Source of the DNA: Rhodospirillales bacterium
Lineage (GTDB): Bacteria > Pseudomonadota > Alphaproteobacteria > Rhodospirillales > 2-12-FULL-67-15
DNA: 64,000 bases
Reading direction: 5' to 3'
NCBI GenBank assembly: GCA_009693905.1
Contig: SHWG01000001.1
Span: 2,682 to 66,681, forward strand
The notes under the pieces were generated by a model. The model searched no databases. It saw only the letters and a list, made by a program, of their open reading frames with translations, and was not told the origin of the DNA. The translations under genes and the position numbers were made by a program. How positions within the stretch are numbered: the first letter of the stretch is position 1; the number at the start of each line of letters is the position of its first letter. Positions 1-12,303 of the stretch are shown here, piece after piece.

Positions 1-151
1 GATGACCGAGGGCCGAACCCGCCACCTGCCGGTGATGGAGGGCGGCCGGCTCGCCGGCATGATCAGCATCGGCGACGTGGTCAAAAGCCGGCTCGAGAAC
101 GCGGAGCTGGAGGCGGCGGGCTTGCGCGACTACATCACCGCCGTGGGCTGA
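1..151 (+). CDS. CBS-domain protein, C-terminal fragment (5' end outside window)
   Basis: Open frame from the window edge (frame of nt 2) reads ..RHLPVMEGGRLAGMISIGDVVKSRLENAELE.., typical of the end of a CBS pair. Stop TGA at 149-151. Confidence 0.55.
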   Translation, partial: MTEGRTRHLPVMEGGRLAGMISIGDVVKSRLENAELEAAGLRDYITAVG

Positions 152-326
152 GCCTCTCCGGTCCCCAGGGCCATCACCGCCGCCAGCGGAGGCTAGCCCG
201 GTCGCCCCCTCGCCCGCGCCCTTTACGCCAGCGTCGAGCTGGAGGAGGATATCCCGGTCGAGCACTACAAGGCGGTGGCGGAAGTGATCGGGTTTGTCAT
301 GCGCCTCAAGGGAAAGTTGGGCTGAC

Positions 327-2480
<2,154 letters not shown>

Positions 2481-2511
2481 CTCCGGGGCCATCGCCCTCA
2501 TAATTAGCCGT

Positions 2512-2526
2512 GAACCCATCGCGAAC
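2512..2526. promoter_or_regulatory. LexA/SOS box of the alphaproteobacterial type (GAAC-N7-GAAC) upstream of recA
   Basis: gaac ccatcgc gaac read directly, about 140 nt upstream of the recA ATG and next to an AT-rich promoter-like stretch (2527-2570). Confidence 0.6.
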
Positions 2527-2580
2527 GCATCTGAAATAATATAATTGTATCAATAATTTATAAAATTCTGTGGACGATGA

Positions 2581-2595
2581 GAACAAACCACGTAC
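2581..2595. promoter_or_regulatory. Second, imperfect SOS-like box (GAAC-N7-GTAC)
   Basis: gaac aaaccac gtac; one mismatch to the direct-repeat consensus, 72 nt upstream of recA. Confidence 0.3.
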
Positions 2596-2666
2596 ATTGG
2601 CGGCGAGGCGTCCTAGGCAAGAAACATTGGAACCCCCGTCACCCTATGAAATAAGTGAGGCACGTC

Positions 2667-3770
<1,104 letters not shown>

Positions 3771-3804
3771 GCGCGGGCGACTAAATTTCTTCTGGCTGGC
3801 TAGA

Positions 3805-3835
3805 GGGCCCCGCGCAAGCGGGGCCCGTTCTTTTT
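3805..3835 (+). terminator. Rho-independent terminator after recA
   Basis: gggccccgc-gcaa-gcggggccc (9-bp GC stem, GNRA-like loop) followed by gttcttttt. Confidence 0.75.
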
Positions 3836-3954
3836 GGGGCGCGTTGTCGGCCCCATCCTGGACACCCGGGCCCCGCGGGCGTTAAAACCCCTGGCCGCGC
3901 CGAAGCCCTCGGGGCCCTTTGGATTCCGGGTGTTTCCGTCCTACATTGCCAACC

Positions 3955-6633
3955 ATGCACAGCGTCAACGACATCCGCCGCGCCTTTCTCGACTATTTCG
4001 CCCGCCACGGCCACGCGGTGGTCGAGTCCTCGGCCCTGTTGCCGCGCAACGACCCGACCCTGATGTTCGTCAACTCCGGCATGGTCCAGTTCAAGAACGT
4101 CTTCACCGGCCTCGAAACCCGGCCCTACAAGCGCGCCGTCACCTCGCAGAAATGCGTCCGCGCCGGCGGCAAACACAACGACCTTGAGAACGTCGGGCAC
4201 ACCGCCCGCCACCACACCTTCTTCGAGATGCTCGGCAACTTCTCCTTCGGCGATTATTTCAAGGACGTGGCGATCGAACTCGCCTGGAACCTGGTGACCA
4301 AGGAGTTCGGCCTCGATCCGGATCGCCTCGTCATCACCGTCCACACCTCGGACGAGGAAGCCGCCGGCCATTGGCGCAAGATCGCGGGGCTCCCCGATGC
4401 TAGGATCATCCGGATTCCGACTTCCGATAATTTCTGGTCGATGGGCGAAACCGGCCCGTGTGGCCCCTGCACCGAGATCTTCTACGACCACGGCGCCCAC
4501 ATTCCGGGCGGCCCGCCCGGGACGCCTGAGGCCGAGGGCGACCGCTTCATCGAGATCTGGAACCTGGTTTTCATGCAGTTCGAGCAGGTGGACGCGACGA
4601 CGCGCCGGAACTTGCCCAAGCCCTCGGTCGATACCGGCATGGGCCTGGAGCGCATCGCCGCCGTCCTGCAAGGGACGAATGACAATTATGCCATCGATCT
4701 TCTGCGCGGGCTGATCGAGGAATCTGCCCGCGCCTCGGGCGTCGACCCGGACGGTCCGCACCGCGTTTCGCACCGGGTCGTCGCCGATCACCTGCGCGCG
4801 GCCTGTTTTCTCATCGCCGATGGCGTACTGCCGTCGAACGAAGGCCGCGGCTACGTGCTGCGCCGGATCATGCGCCGGGCCATGCGCCACGCCCAATTGA
4901 TCGGCTGTTGCGAGCCCCTGCTGCACCGCCTGGTGCCGGCGTTGGTCGCGGCGATGGGCGTCGCATTCCCCGAACTCGAACGGGCCGAGCCGCTGATGAC
5001 CGAAGCGCTGAAGCTGGAAGAGACCCGCTTCCGCCAGATGCTCGAGCGCGGCCTCAAACTCCTGGACGAGGCGACCGGGAGCATGGCCAAGGGCGCCAAG
5101 CTCGACGGCGAAACCGCGTTCAAGCTCTACGATACTTTCGGCTTTCCTCTCGATCTCACCCAGGATGCCTTGAAAGGGCGCGGCCTTGGCGTCGACGAAG
5201 CCGGGTTCCAGGCGGCGATGGCGCGCCAGCGCGAAGACGCGCGCAAGGCCTGGACCGGTTCGGGCGAGGCGGCGACCGAACAGGTCTGGTTCCAGGTCCG
5301 CGACGAGGCCGGCGCGACCGAGTTTCTCGGCTACGCGACCGAAACCGCGGAAGCGAAGATCGCCGCGCTGGTCAAGGGCGGCGCGTGCGTCGCCGAAGCG
5401 CGTGCCGGCGACGAGATCGCGGTGGTCGTCAACCAGACGCCCTTTTACGGCGAATCCGGCGGCCAGATCGGCGATACCGGGCGGATCAAAACCGCCACCG
5501 GGGCCGAGGCGACGGTGCGGGACACCCAGAAGAAGGCGGGCGAAGTCCACGTCCACATCTGCCGGGTCGAGAAGGGGACATTCAAGCTCGGCGACCCGGT
5601 GACGCTTGCGGTCGACGGCGAGCGCCGCCGGGGCCTGCGCGCCCACCATTCGGCGACGCACCTGCTCCATGAGGCGCTCAGGCGAAGGCTCGGCCCGCAC
5701 GTGACCCAGAAAGGCTCGCTGGTCGCGCCCGACCGGCTGCGCTTCGATATCAGCCATCCCAAAGCGCTCGGCGCGGACGATCTCGCCGCCGTCGAGGCCG
5801 ACGTCAACCGCCAGATCCGGCGAAACGAAGCGGTGGTCACGCGCCTGATGGACCCGGAGGAAGCGGTCAAGGCCGGAGCGATGGCCCTGTTCGGGGAGAA
5901 ATACGGCAGCGAGGTGCGCGTGGTGGCGATGGGAGCGGGCGCCGAGTCCGGCGCGGGGGGCGCCAAGGGCGACGTCGCGGCGCATCCGTTTTCGGTCGAA
6001 CTCTGCGGCGGAACCCACGTCGGGCGCACCGGCGACATCGGTCTTTTGCACATCGTCGCGGAAAGCGCGGTCGGCGCGGGCGTGCGCCGGATCGAGGCGG
6101 TGACCGGCGAAGCCGCGACCGGTTACTTCCAGGCCCAGGAATCGCTGCTCCGCCAGGCCGCCGATACGCTCAAGGTGCAGCCGGCCGAAGTGCCGGCCAG
6201 GCTCGCGGCGCTCCTGGACGAGCGGAAGAAACTCGAGCGCGAGTTGACCGAGACGCGCCAGAAGCTCGGCGTCGGCGGGACCGGAACCCAGGAGGTCCAG
6301 GAGATCAAAGGCGTGCGATTCGTCCCCCGTCTGCTCGAAGGTGTGCCCGCGCGCGATCTCAAGCCGATGGCCGACGTCATCAAGCAGCGGATCGGCTCGG
6401 GTGTGGTCGCGCTGGTCTCGGTCGAGGAGGGCCGGGCCTCGCTGGTGGTCGGCGTCACCGACGATCTCACCCAAAAAATCAGCGCCGTCGACTTGGTTCG
6501 CGCCGGCGCCGCCGCGGTCAACGGCAAGGGCGGCGGCGGCCGGCCCGACATGGCCCAGGCCGGCGGCCCGGACGGCGCGCGTGCGGCGGACGCGCTCAAG
6601 GCGATCGAAGCGGCGTTGGCGGGCGGAGCTTGA
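3955..6633 (+). CDS. alaS: Alanine--tRNA ligase
   Basis: [20 protein letters not shown].., [10 protein letters not shown]-like motif, editing-domain HSATHLLH, C-terminal DHHA1-like region. About 892 aa from the ATG at 3955. Confidence 0.97.
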   Translation: MHSVNDIRRAFLDYFARHGHAVVESSALLPRNDPTLMFVNSGMVQFKNVFTGLETRPYKRAVTSQKCVRAGGKHNDLENVGHTARHHTFFEMLGNFSFGDYFKDVAIELAWNLVTKEFGLDPDRLVITVHTSDEEAAGHWRKIAGLPDARIIRIPTSDNFWSMGETGPCGPCTEIFYDHGAHIPGGPPGTPEAEGDRFIEIWNLVFMQFEQVDATTRRNLPKPSVDTGMGLERIAAVLQGTNDNYAIDLLRGLIEESARASGVDPDGPHRVSHRVVADHLRAACFLIADGVLPSNEGRGYVLRRIMRRAMRHAQLIGCCEPLLHRLVPALVAAMGVAFPELERAEPLMTEALKLEETRFRQMLERGLKLLDEATGSMAKGAKLDGETAFKLYDTFGFPLDLTQDALKGRGLGVDEAGFQAAMARQREDARKAWTGSGEAATEQVWFQVRDEAGATEFLGYATETAEAKIAALVKGGACVAEARAGDEIAVVVNQTPFYGESGGQIGDTGRIKTATGAEATVRDTQKKAGEVHVHICRVEKGTFKLGDPVTLAVDGERRRGLRAHHSATHLLHEALRRRLGPHVTQKGSLVAPDRLRFDISHPKALGADDLAAVEADVNRQIRRNEAVVTRLMDPEEAVKAGAMALFGEKYGSEVRVVAMGAGAESGAGGAKGDVAAHPFSVELCGGTHVGRTGDIGLLHIVAESAVGAGVRRIEAVTGEAATGYFQAQESLLRQAADTLKVQPAEVPARLAALLDERKKLERELTETRQKLGVGGTGTQEVQEIKGVRFVPRLLEGVPARDLKPMADVIKQRIGSGVVALVSVEEGRASLVVGVTDDLTQKISAVDLVRAGAAAVNGKGGGGRPDMAQAGGPDGARAADALKAIEAALAGGA

Positions 6634-6635
6634 CC

Positions 6636-7490
6636 ATGGACCGAAAACGCTTTCAGGGCACCGATACCTTCATCGCGACCGAGGATTTGCGAATCGCGGT
6701 CAACGCCGCGGTCGCGCTCGAGCGGCCGCTCTTGATCAAGGGCGAGCCCGGCACCGGCAAGACGGTGCTGGCGCACGAGATCGCCCGTGCGCTCGAAGCG
6801 CCGCTGATCGCCTGGCACATCAAGTCCACGACCAAGGCGCAACACGGGCTTTACGAATACGACGCGGTGGCGCGTCTGCGCGATTCCCAGCTCGGCGACG
6901 CGCGGATCCACGACATCCGCAACTACATCCTCAAGGGCAAGCTCTGGCACGCTTTCGAGTCGGCGGCGCGCCCGGTGCTGCTGATCGACGAAATCGACAA
7001 AGCCGACATCGAGTTCCCCAACGACCTGTTGCTCGAACTCGACAAAATGGAGTTTCACGTCTACGAGACCGGTGAAATGGTGCGCGCCCGGCTGCGCCCG
7101 GTGATCGTCATCACCTCCAACAACGAAAAGGAACTGCCCGACGCGTTCCTGCGCCGCTGCTTCTTCCACTACATCAGCTTTCCCGACCGCGAGACCATGG
7201 CGCGGATTGTGGATGTCCACTTCCCCGGCATCCAGAAGCGCCTGGTGCGCGAGGCCTTGACCCTGTTTTACGAAGTGCGCGAGGTGCCCGGGCTCAAAAA
7301 ACGCCCTTCGACCTCGGAGCTGTTGGATTGGCTCAAGCTGCTGCTGGTCGAGGGAATCCCGCCCGAGGCGCTGCGCGCGTCCGACCGACGCTCGCTGATT
7401 CCGCCCTTGCACGGCGCGCTCTTAAAGAACGAACAAGACGTGCAGCTATTCGAGCGCCTCGCCTTCATCAACCGGCGCGAGGAACGTTAA
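6636..7490 (+). CDS. MoxR-family AAA+ ATPase
   Basis: Walker A GEPGTGKT, Walker B LLIDEIDKA, then ITSNNEKELPDAFLRRC. ATG at 6636 lies 7 nt after ggcggag; the frame opens at a TTG at 6630 overlapping the alaS stop. Confidence 0.85.
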   Translation: MDRKRFQGTDTFIATEDLRIAVNAAVALERPLLIKGEPGTGKTVLAHEIARALEAPLIAWHIKSTTKAQHGLYEYDAVARLRDSQLGDARIHDIRNYILKGKLWHAFESAARPVLLIDEIDKADIEFPNDLLLELDKMEFHVYETGEMVRARLRPVIVITSNNEKELPDAFLRRCFFHYISFPDRETMARIVDVHFPGIQKRLVREALTLFYEVREVPGLKKRPSTSELLDWLKLLLVEGIPPEALRASDRRSLIPPLHGALLKNEQDVQLFERLAFINRREER

Positions 7491-7499
7491 GGCGCCGCC

Positions 7500-8687
7500 G
7501 TGTTCGCCAACTTCTTTTTCGAATTGCGCGCCCACAAGGTTCCGGTGTCCTTGCGCGAGTACCTGACTCTGATCGAGGCGATGGACCAGGACTTGGCCGG
7601 CGGATCGGTCGAGGATTTCTACTACCTCGCCCGCGCCGCGCTGGTGAAGGACGAGCGCAATCTCGACAAATTCGACCGGGTCTTCGGCCAGGTCTTCAAG
7701 GGCCTTTCCGGGGCACACGCCGAGGGCGGGGACGCGCTCGCCGCTTCGATTCCCGAGGAATGGCTGCGCAAAATCGCCGAGCGGGTGCTGACCGAGGATG
7801 AGAAAGCCCTGGTCAAGTCCTTGGGCGGTTTCGAGCGTCTGATGGAGACGCTCCGGAAGCGCCTCGCCGAACAGCAGGGCCGCCATCAGGGCGGCGGCAA
7901 GTGGATCGGCACCGCCGGCACCTCGCCCTACGGCGCCTACGGCTACAACCCCGAAGGCGTGCGCATCGGGCAGGACGAAAACCGCCACCATCGCGCGATC
8001 AAGGTCTGGGACAAGCGCGGATTCAAGAACCTCGACGACCAGGTCGAGATCGGGGTCCGGAACATCAAGCTGGCGCTCCGCCGGCTCAGGCGCTTCGCCC
8101 GCGAGGGCGCGGCGGCGGAACTCGATCTTCCCGATACCATTCGCGCGACCGCGCGCCGGGGCTGGCTCGACGTGCGCCTGGTGCCGGAGCGGCACAACGC
8201 CGTCAAGGTCCTGCTGTTTCTCGACATCGGCGGTTCGATGGACCCGCACGTGCGGGTGATGGCGGAGCTGTTTTCGGCGGCGCGCTCCGAGTTCAAGCAC
8301 CTCGAATACTTCTACTTCCACAATTTTCTCTACGAGCGGGTGTGGCGGGACAACCACCGCCGCCACGCCGAGACGATCCCGACCACCGAAGTGCTCCGCA
8401 CCTTTCCCGCCGACTACCGGGTCCTGGTCGTTGGCGACGCGGCCATGAGCCCCTACGAGATCACGCATCCGGGCGGCAGCGTCGAGCATTGGAACCAGGA
8501 GCCGGGCGTGGTGTGGATGCAGCGGCTGCTCGACGTTTACCCCCGGGCGGTCTGGCTCAATCCGGTTCCGCCGGCGTGGTGGGAGACCACGGCGTCGGTC
8601 GGCATGGTGCGGCGGATCATGGGCGGGCGGATGTACCCGACCACCCTCGAGGGTCTGGACCGGGCCATGCGCGAACTCGCGCGCTGA
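7500..8687 (+). CDS. VWA-domain protein, CoxE-like partner of the MoxR ATPase
   Basis: GTG start. N-terminus FANFFFELRAHKVPVSLREYLTL and C-terminal vWA-like LLFLDIGGSM are typical of CoxE/VWA partners. Starts 9 nt after the ATPase gene. Confidence 0.8.
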   Translation: MFANFFFELRAHKVPVSLREYLTLIEAMDQDLAGGSVEDFYYLARAALVKDERNLDKFDRVFGQVFKGLSGAHAEGGDALAASIPEEWLRKIAERVLTEDEKALVKSLGGFERLMETLRKRLAEQQGRHQGGGKWIGTAGTSPYGAYGYNPEGVRIGQDENRHHRAIKVWDKRGFKNLDDQVEIGVRNIKLALRRLRRFAREGAAAELDLPDTIRATARRGWLDVRLVPERHNAVKVLLFLDIGGSMDPHVRVMAELFSAARSEFKHLEYFYFHNFLYERVWRDNHRRHAETIPTTEVLRTFPADYRVLVVGDAAMSPYEITHPGGSVEHWNQEPGVVWMQRLLDVYPRAVWLNPVPPAWWETTASVGMVRRIMGGRMYPTTLEGLDRAMRELAR

Positions 8688-8720
8688 TTAAGACCGGCGG
8701 GCGCGCGGGCGCGGCGCGCG

Positions 8721-9254
8721 TTACTGGAACAGCTTGTCGATTTCGTCCTGGGTGGCGCCCCGGCCCTCGAGTTGCGGCCCGGCGAGCAGCTTTTCGTCGG
8801 CGGTCTTTTCCCGGTCGGGCTTGACGTCGATCTTTTCCAGCTCGTCGCGGTCCCAGACGCTGATCAGAACGCTGATGTGCTTCTCGACGTAGGCCAGCGA
8901 CTTGGCGACCTTGTTGATGCGCTGGCCGGTGATGTCCTGGAAGGTGCAGGCCTCGAACACCGCCGCCGCGTTGTCGGAAATCTTGTCGAGCTTGGCGGCG
9001 AGCGCCTTGTCCGGGATTCCCTTCTTGACCTCGGCGACGATGTTGTCGTTTTCCTCCATCGCCCCCATGATCGTGTTGGTCGCCGCCGCGGTCGCCTTGA
9101 CGATGGCGTCGAGCTGCTCGGAGATGCTGCCAAAGCTGTGATCGGTCTCGGCCGGCTTGTGCAGCGCGGCGATCTCCTGGCGCACGCGCTGAATGTACTG
9201 AAAGAGCCCGATGAGCTCGGTCTTCAGGACCTTGATTTCGGCTTCGCTCGTCAT
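8721..9254 (-). CDS. CheZ-like protein phosphatase
   Basis: Helical protein with ACTFQDITGQRINKV, matching the CheZ catalytic-Gln motif (QD.TGQ). ATG at 9254 is preceded by gggagggg. Confidence 0.65.
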   Translation of the reverse strand: MTSEAEIKVLKTELIGLFQYIQRVRQEIAALHKPAETDHSFGSISEQLDAIVKATAAATNTIMGAMEENDNIVAEVKKGIPDKALAAKLDKISDNAAAVFEACTFQDITGQRINKVAKSLAYVEKHISVLISVWDRDELEKIDVKPDREKTADEKLLAGPQLEGRGATQDEIDKLFQ

Positions 9255-9383
9255 CGAACCCCTCCCGGACGCGGCTTTTGAGTACCGCGTCGGCGGGCAC
9301 AATGTTGGGTGGGCCGAAAGCCTTTGTCAAACCGGGGATTTTCCCTAACGCCCCGGAGCGCACCCCCAGGAACAAAGGGGATT

Positions 9384-9744
9384 TCAGGACTTGGAGCCGG
9401 GGCCGGAATTCTTGCCGCGGGCGCGCAGCGAGCGCTCGATTTCGTCGGGCGGAATGCCCATCGCCTTGACGGCGGTGATCAGGAGTTTCGCCTTGGCATC
9501 CTCGCTGAGGTTATCGAAAAGGTGTTGCTTGGAACGCTGGGTTGCGAGCGCGTTGCGAATCAGTTCCCGGCGCGCGTCAGTCAGTTCGTGGTTGCGCGTC
9601 GGCGGCGACTTGGCCGGGGCCGGCGTGGCGGGGGCGGCGCTTTTCGCGGGATTAAGTTGCTGGGCGACGTCCGCCGCCTCGAGCGCCTCGCGCGCGCTTG
9701 TCGAGCACGAGGGCGAGCAGAGCCTTGGACACGAACCGGAACAA
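9384..9744 (-). pseudogene. Small protein gene apparently interrupted by a frameshift at a (CG)4 run
   Basis: GGAGG-N6-TTG start at 9744 gives MFRFVSKALLALVLDKRA.., stopping at 9652. The coding-looking frame ..EALEAADVAQQLNPAK..ELTDARRELIRNALATQRSKQHLFDNLSEDAKAKLLITAVKAMGIPPDEIERSL (to 9384) is offset by one nt. The frames meet at cgcgcgcgc, 9689-9697. Confidence 0.35.
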
Positions 9745-9787
9745 CGGCGCCTCCCGGGTCGCGCGGGCTTAACCCCGCGCGCGATAC

Positions 9788-9832
9788 ATGAGCGCCCCTC
9801 TCGGGGCGCCGCGGGCGAAAGCCCGCGCTCAT
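9788..9832. repeat. REP-like structured element (two GC hairpins closed by an outer stem)
   Basis: atgagcgc [gcgcccc-tctc-ggggcgc] c [gcgggc-gaaa-gcccgc] gcgctcat. The same hairpin pair recurs at 26641-26730. Confidence 0.6.
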
Positions 9833-9905
9833 TAAAGGTGCCGCCTCCGGCGACAGCGGGATTTCCAGGTTCACCCGCTTCTCGGAGGAGCATCGCATGG
9901 CATGG

Positions 9906-9921
9906 TTAACGATGGGTTAAC
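9906..9921. promoter_or_regulatory. Perfect CtrA-type box TTAA-N7-TTAAC
   Basis: ttaa cgatggg ttaac (also reads GTTAA-N7-TTAAC). Lies 63 nt upstream of the pyk ATG, in the divergent intergenic region. Confidence 0.45.
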
Positions 9922-9983
9922 GGTCGTGAAAACGGCCGAGGCGGTCTTGCTCGTCCGCGCTTTGAGGGCCTAATGTCCGATCC

Positions 9984-11399
9984 ATGCGACGCCGCCGCAA
10001 CGCCAAGATCATCGCCACCGTCGGCCCGGCCTGCTCGACCGAGGTCATGTTGGCCAAGCTGTTCGAGGCCGGGGCCGACGTTTTTCGCCTCAATTTCAGC
10101 CACGGCAATCACGAGGACCACAAAACCCGCTACGACATCATCCGCGGCCTCGATGCGCGGTTCGGCCGCCCGATTGGGATTCTTCTCGACTTGCAAGGGC
10201 CCAAACTCCGGGTCGGCGAATTCAAGGGCGGTCGGGCGTTGCTGGTGGCGGGGCGAAAATTCCGTCTCGATCTCAACCCGGGCTTGGGCGATCAGGACCG
10301 CGCGCCCCTGCCGCACCCCGAGGTCTTCCGCTCGCTCGCGCCGGGAACCGATCTGCTTCTCGATGACGGCCGCCTGCGGCTCAAGGTTGGCAAATGCGGC
10401 ACCGACTTCGCCGAGACCGAGGTGATAGTTGGCGGCGAGCTTTCCGATCACAAGGGGCTGAACGTTCCGAGCGCGGTGCTCGATGTTTCCTCGCTGACGC
10501 GCAAGGATATCGAGGATCTGAACTATGGGCTCGAGCTCGGCGTGGACTGGGTCGCGCTTTCCTTCGTGCAGCGGGCCGAGGACGTCGCCGAGGCGCGCCG
10601 GCTGATCGCGGATCGCGCCGGAATCATGACCAAGCTGGAAAAACCGGCCGCGATCGAACACTTGGACGAGATCGTGGCGCTCTCCGACGCGGTGATGGTC
10701 GCGCGCGGCGACCTTGGCGTCGAGTTGCCGCCCGAGGACGTGCCCGGAATCCAAAAGCGCATCATCCGCGCCTGCCGCCAGGCGGGCAAGCCGGTGGTGG
10801 TGGCGACGCAGATGCTCGATTCCATGGTCCACTCGCCGACGCCGACGCGGGCCGAGGCCTCCGACGTCGCGACCGCGGTTTACGACGGCGCCGACGCGGT
10901 GATGCTCTCGGCGGAGACGGCGGTCGGCGAATACCCGACCGAATCCATCTCCATGATGGATCGGATCATCTATCGGGTCGAACGCGATCCGCTCTATCGC
11001 AAGATCATGGAGACCGAGCATCACGACCCCGAGGCGACCGCGGCGGACGCCATCACCGCCGCCGCGCGGCAGGTGGCGAAGACCATCTCGGCGGCGGCCA
11101 TCGTCACCTTCAGCTCGACCGGTTCGACCACGCTCCGCTGCGCGCGCGAGCGCCCGAGCGTGCCGATCCTCGGCCTGACGCCGCGCGCCGCCACGGCGCG
11201 CCGCCTGGCGCTCGCCTGGGGAGTCCACTCGGTCCAAGTCGAAGACCTACACAGCTTCAGCGAGATGGTGACCAAGGCCGTCGCCGCAGCTTCGCACGAA
11301 GGCTTCGCCAGGACTGGCGAGAAAATCGTGGTGACCGCAGGCCTTCCTTTCGGCACGCCCGGCGCCACCAATATCCTGCGCATCGCGCTGGTGCAGTAA
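9984..11399 (+). CDS. pyk: Pyruvate kinase
   Basis: KIIATVGPA, FRLNFSHG, MVARGDLGVE, ATQMLDSM. Confidence 0.95.
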   Translation: MRRRRNAKIIATVGPACSTEVMLAKLFEAGADVFRLNFSHGNHEDHKTRYDIIRGLDARFGRPIGILLDLQGPKLRVGEFKGGRALLVAGRKFRLDLNPGLGDQDRAPLPHPEVFRSLAPGTDLLLDDGRLRLKVGKCGTDFAETEVIVGGELSDHKGLNVPSAVLDVSSLTRKDIEDLNYGLELGVDWVALSFVQRAEDVAEARRLIADRAGIMTKLEKPAAIEHLDEIVALSDAVMVARGDLGVELPPEDVPGIQKRIIRACRQAGKPVVVATQMLDSMVHSPTPTRAEASDVATAVYDGADAVMLSAETAVGEYPTESISMMDRIIYRVERDPLYRKIMETEHHDPEATAADAITAAARQVAKTISAAAIVTFSSTGSTTLRCARERPSVPILGLTPRAATARRLALAWGVHSVQVEDLHSFSEMVTKAVAAASHEGFARTGEKIVVTAGLPFGTPGATNILRIALVQ

Positions 11400-11427
11400 C
11401 CGGGGCGCGCGCGCCCGAGTATCTTCG

Positions 11428-12303
11428 ATGTTCGAGACGCTGGTTACCATCATCGCGCCCGTGCTCATCTGCGCCGCTATCGGCTATGCCTGGGCGAAGA
11501 GCGGCCGGCGCTACGACGTCGAAATCGTCACCGTCCTCGCCACCAGCATTTCGCTTCCGGCGCTGGTGTTCACGACCCTGGTCGAGACGCAAATTGAGAT
11601 CGCCGCGCTCGGAAAAATGGTCGCGGCCGCGGTCGCGGCCACCGGCCTGTTCGGCGCGGTCGGCGCCGCGGTTTTGAAGCTGGCGCGAATTCCGCTGCGC
11701 TCGTTCCTGCCGGCGATGATGTTTCCCAACGTCGGCAACATGGGGTTGCCGCTTGCCGCCCTCGGGTTCGGCGAAGCCGGCCTCGCGCTCGCCATCGTCT
11801 TCTTCGCGGTCTCGGTCGTTCTCCAGATCACCATCGGCGTCGCGCTCGCCGCGGGCACCGTCTCGCCGCGTGCGTTGGTGCGCATTCCCGCTCTCTACGC
11901 GGTCGCCGGCGCGATCGTCATCCTGGCCGGCGGACTGGAAGCGCCGGCCTGGCTCCTCAATACGACCCGGATTCTTGGCGGGATGCTGGTGCCGCTGATG
12001 CTGATCACGCTCGGCGTTTCGCTCGCCGGGCTCAAGGTCGGTAACCTCGGCCGCGGCCTGGGGCTCGCGCTGCTGCGCTTTGCGCTCGGGATCGGCGCCG
12101 GCTTGGGCGTCGGGTATGCGCTCGGGCTGGAAGACACGGCGCGCGCGATCCTGATCTTGCAAGCGGCGATGCCGGTCGCGGTCATCAATTTTCTGTTCGC
12201 GCAGCGCTACGGCACCGACCCGGCCGAGGTCGCGGGGCTGGTTGTGATCTCGACGCTGTTCGGCTTCGCCACGCTGCCGTTCCTGATCGGGGCGCTGTTG
12301 TGA
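11428..12303 (+). CDS. AEC (auxin efflux carrier) family transporter
   Basis: Polytopic membrane protein of about 291 aa. N-terminus MFETLVTIIAPVLICAAIGY and C-terminal ILQAAMPVAV are typical of the AEC family. Confidence 0.8.
   Translation: MFETLVTIIAPVLICAAIGYAWAKSGRRYDVEIVTVLATSISLPALVFTTLVETQIEIAALGKMVAAAVAATGLFGAVGAAVLKLARIPLRSFLPAMMFPNVGNMGLPLAALGFGEAGLALAIVFFAVSVVLQITIGVALAAGTVSPRALVRIPALYAVAGAIVILAGGLEAPAWLLNTTRILGGMLVPLMLITLGVSLAGLKVGNLGRGLGLALLRFALGIGAGLGVGYALGLEDTARAILILQAAMPVAVINFLFAQRYGTDPAEVAGLVVISTLFGFATLPFLIGALL

Noticed and set aside
3781-6474. 897-aa minus-strand ORF antisense to alaS. Similar long antisense ORFs occur at 876-2519, 21367-23298, 22796-24388, 24962-26968, 35889-38567 and 61056-62861.
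   Set aside because: Their translations are Arg/Gly/Asp/His-rich low-information sequence, typical of the stop-poor reverse frames of high-GC genes. Each overlaps a confidently identified gene on the other strand.
9384-9893. Full-length 169-aa version of the small minus-strand ORF starting at the ATG at 9893.
   Set aside because: Its first ~75 codons are Arg/Cys/Ser/Pro-rich and run through the REP-like element at 9788-9832. Only the 3' ~95 codons look coding, which led to the frameshift interpretation instead.
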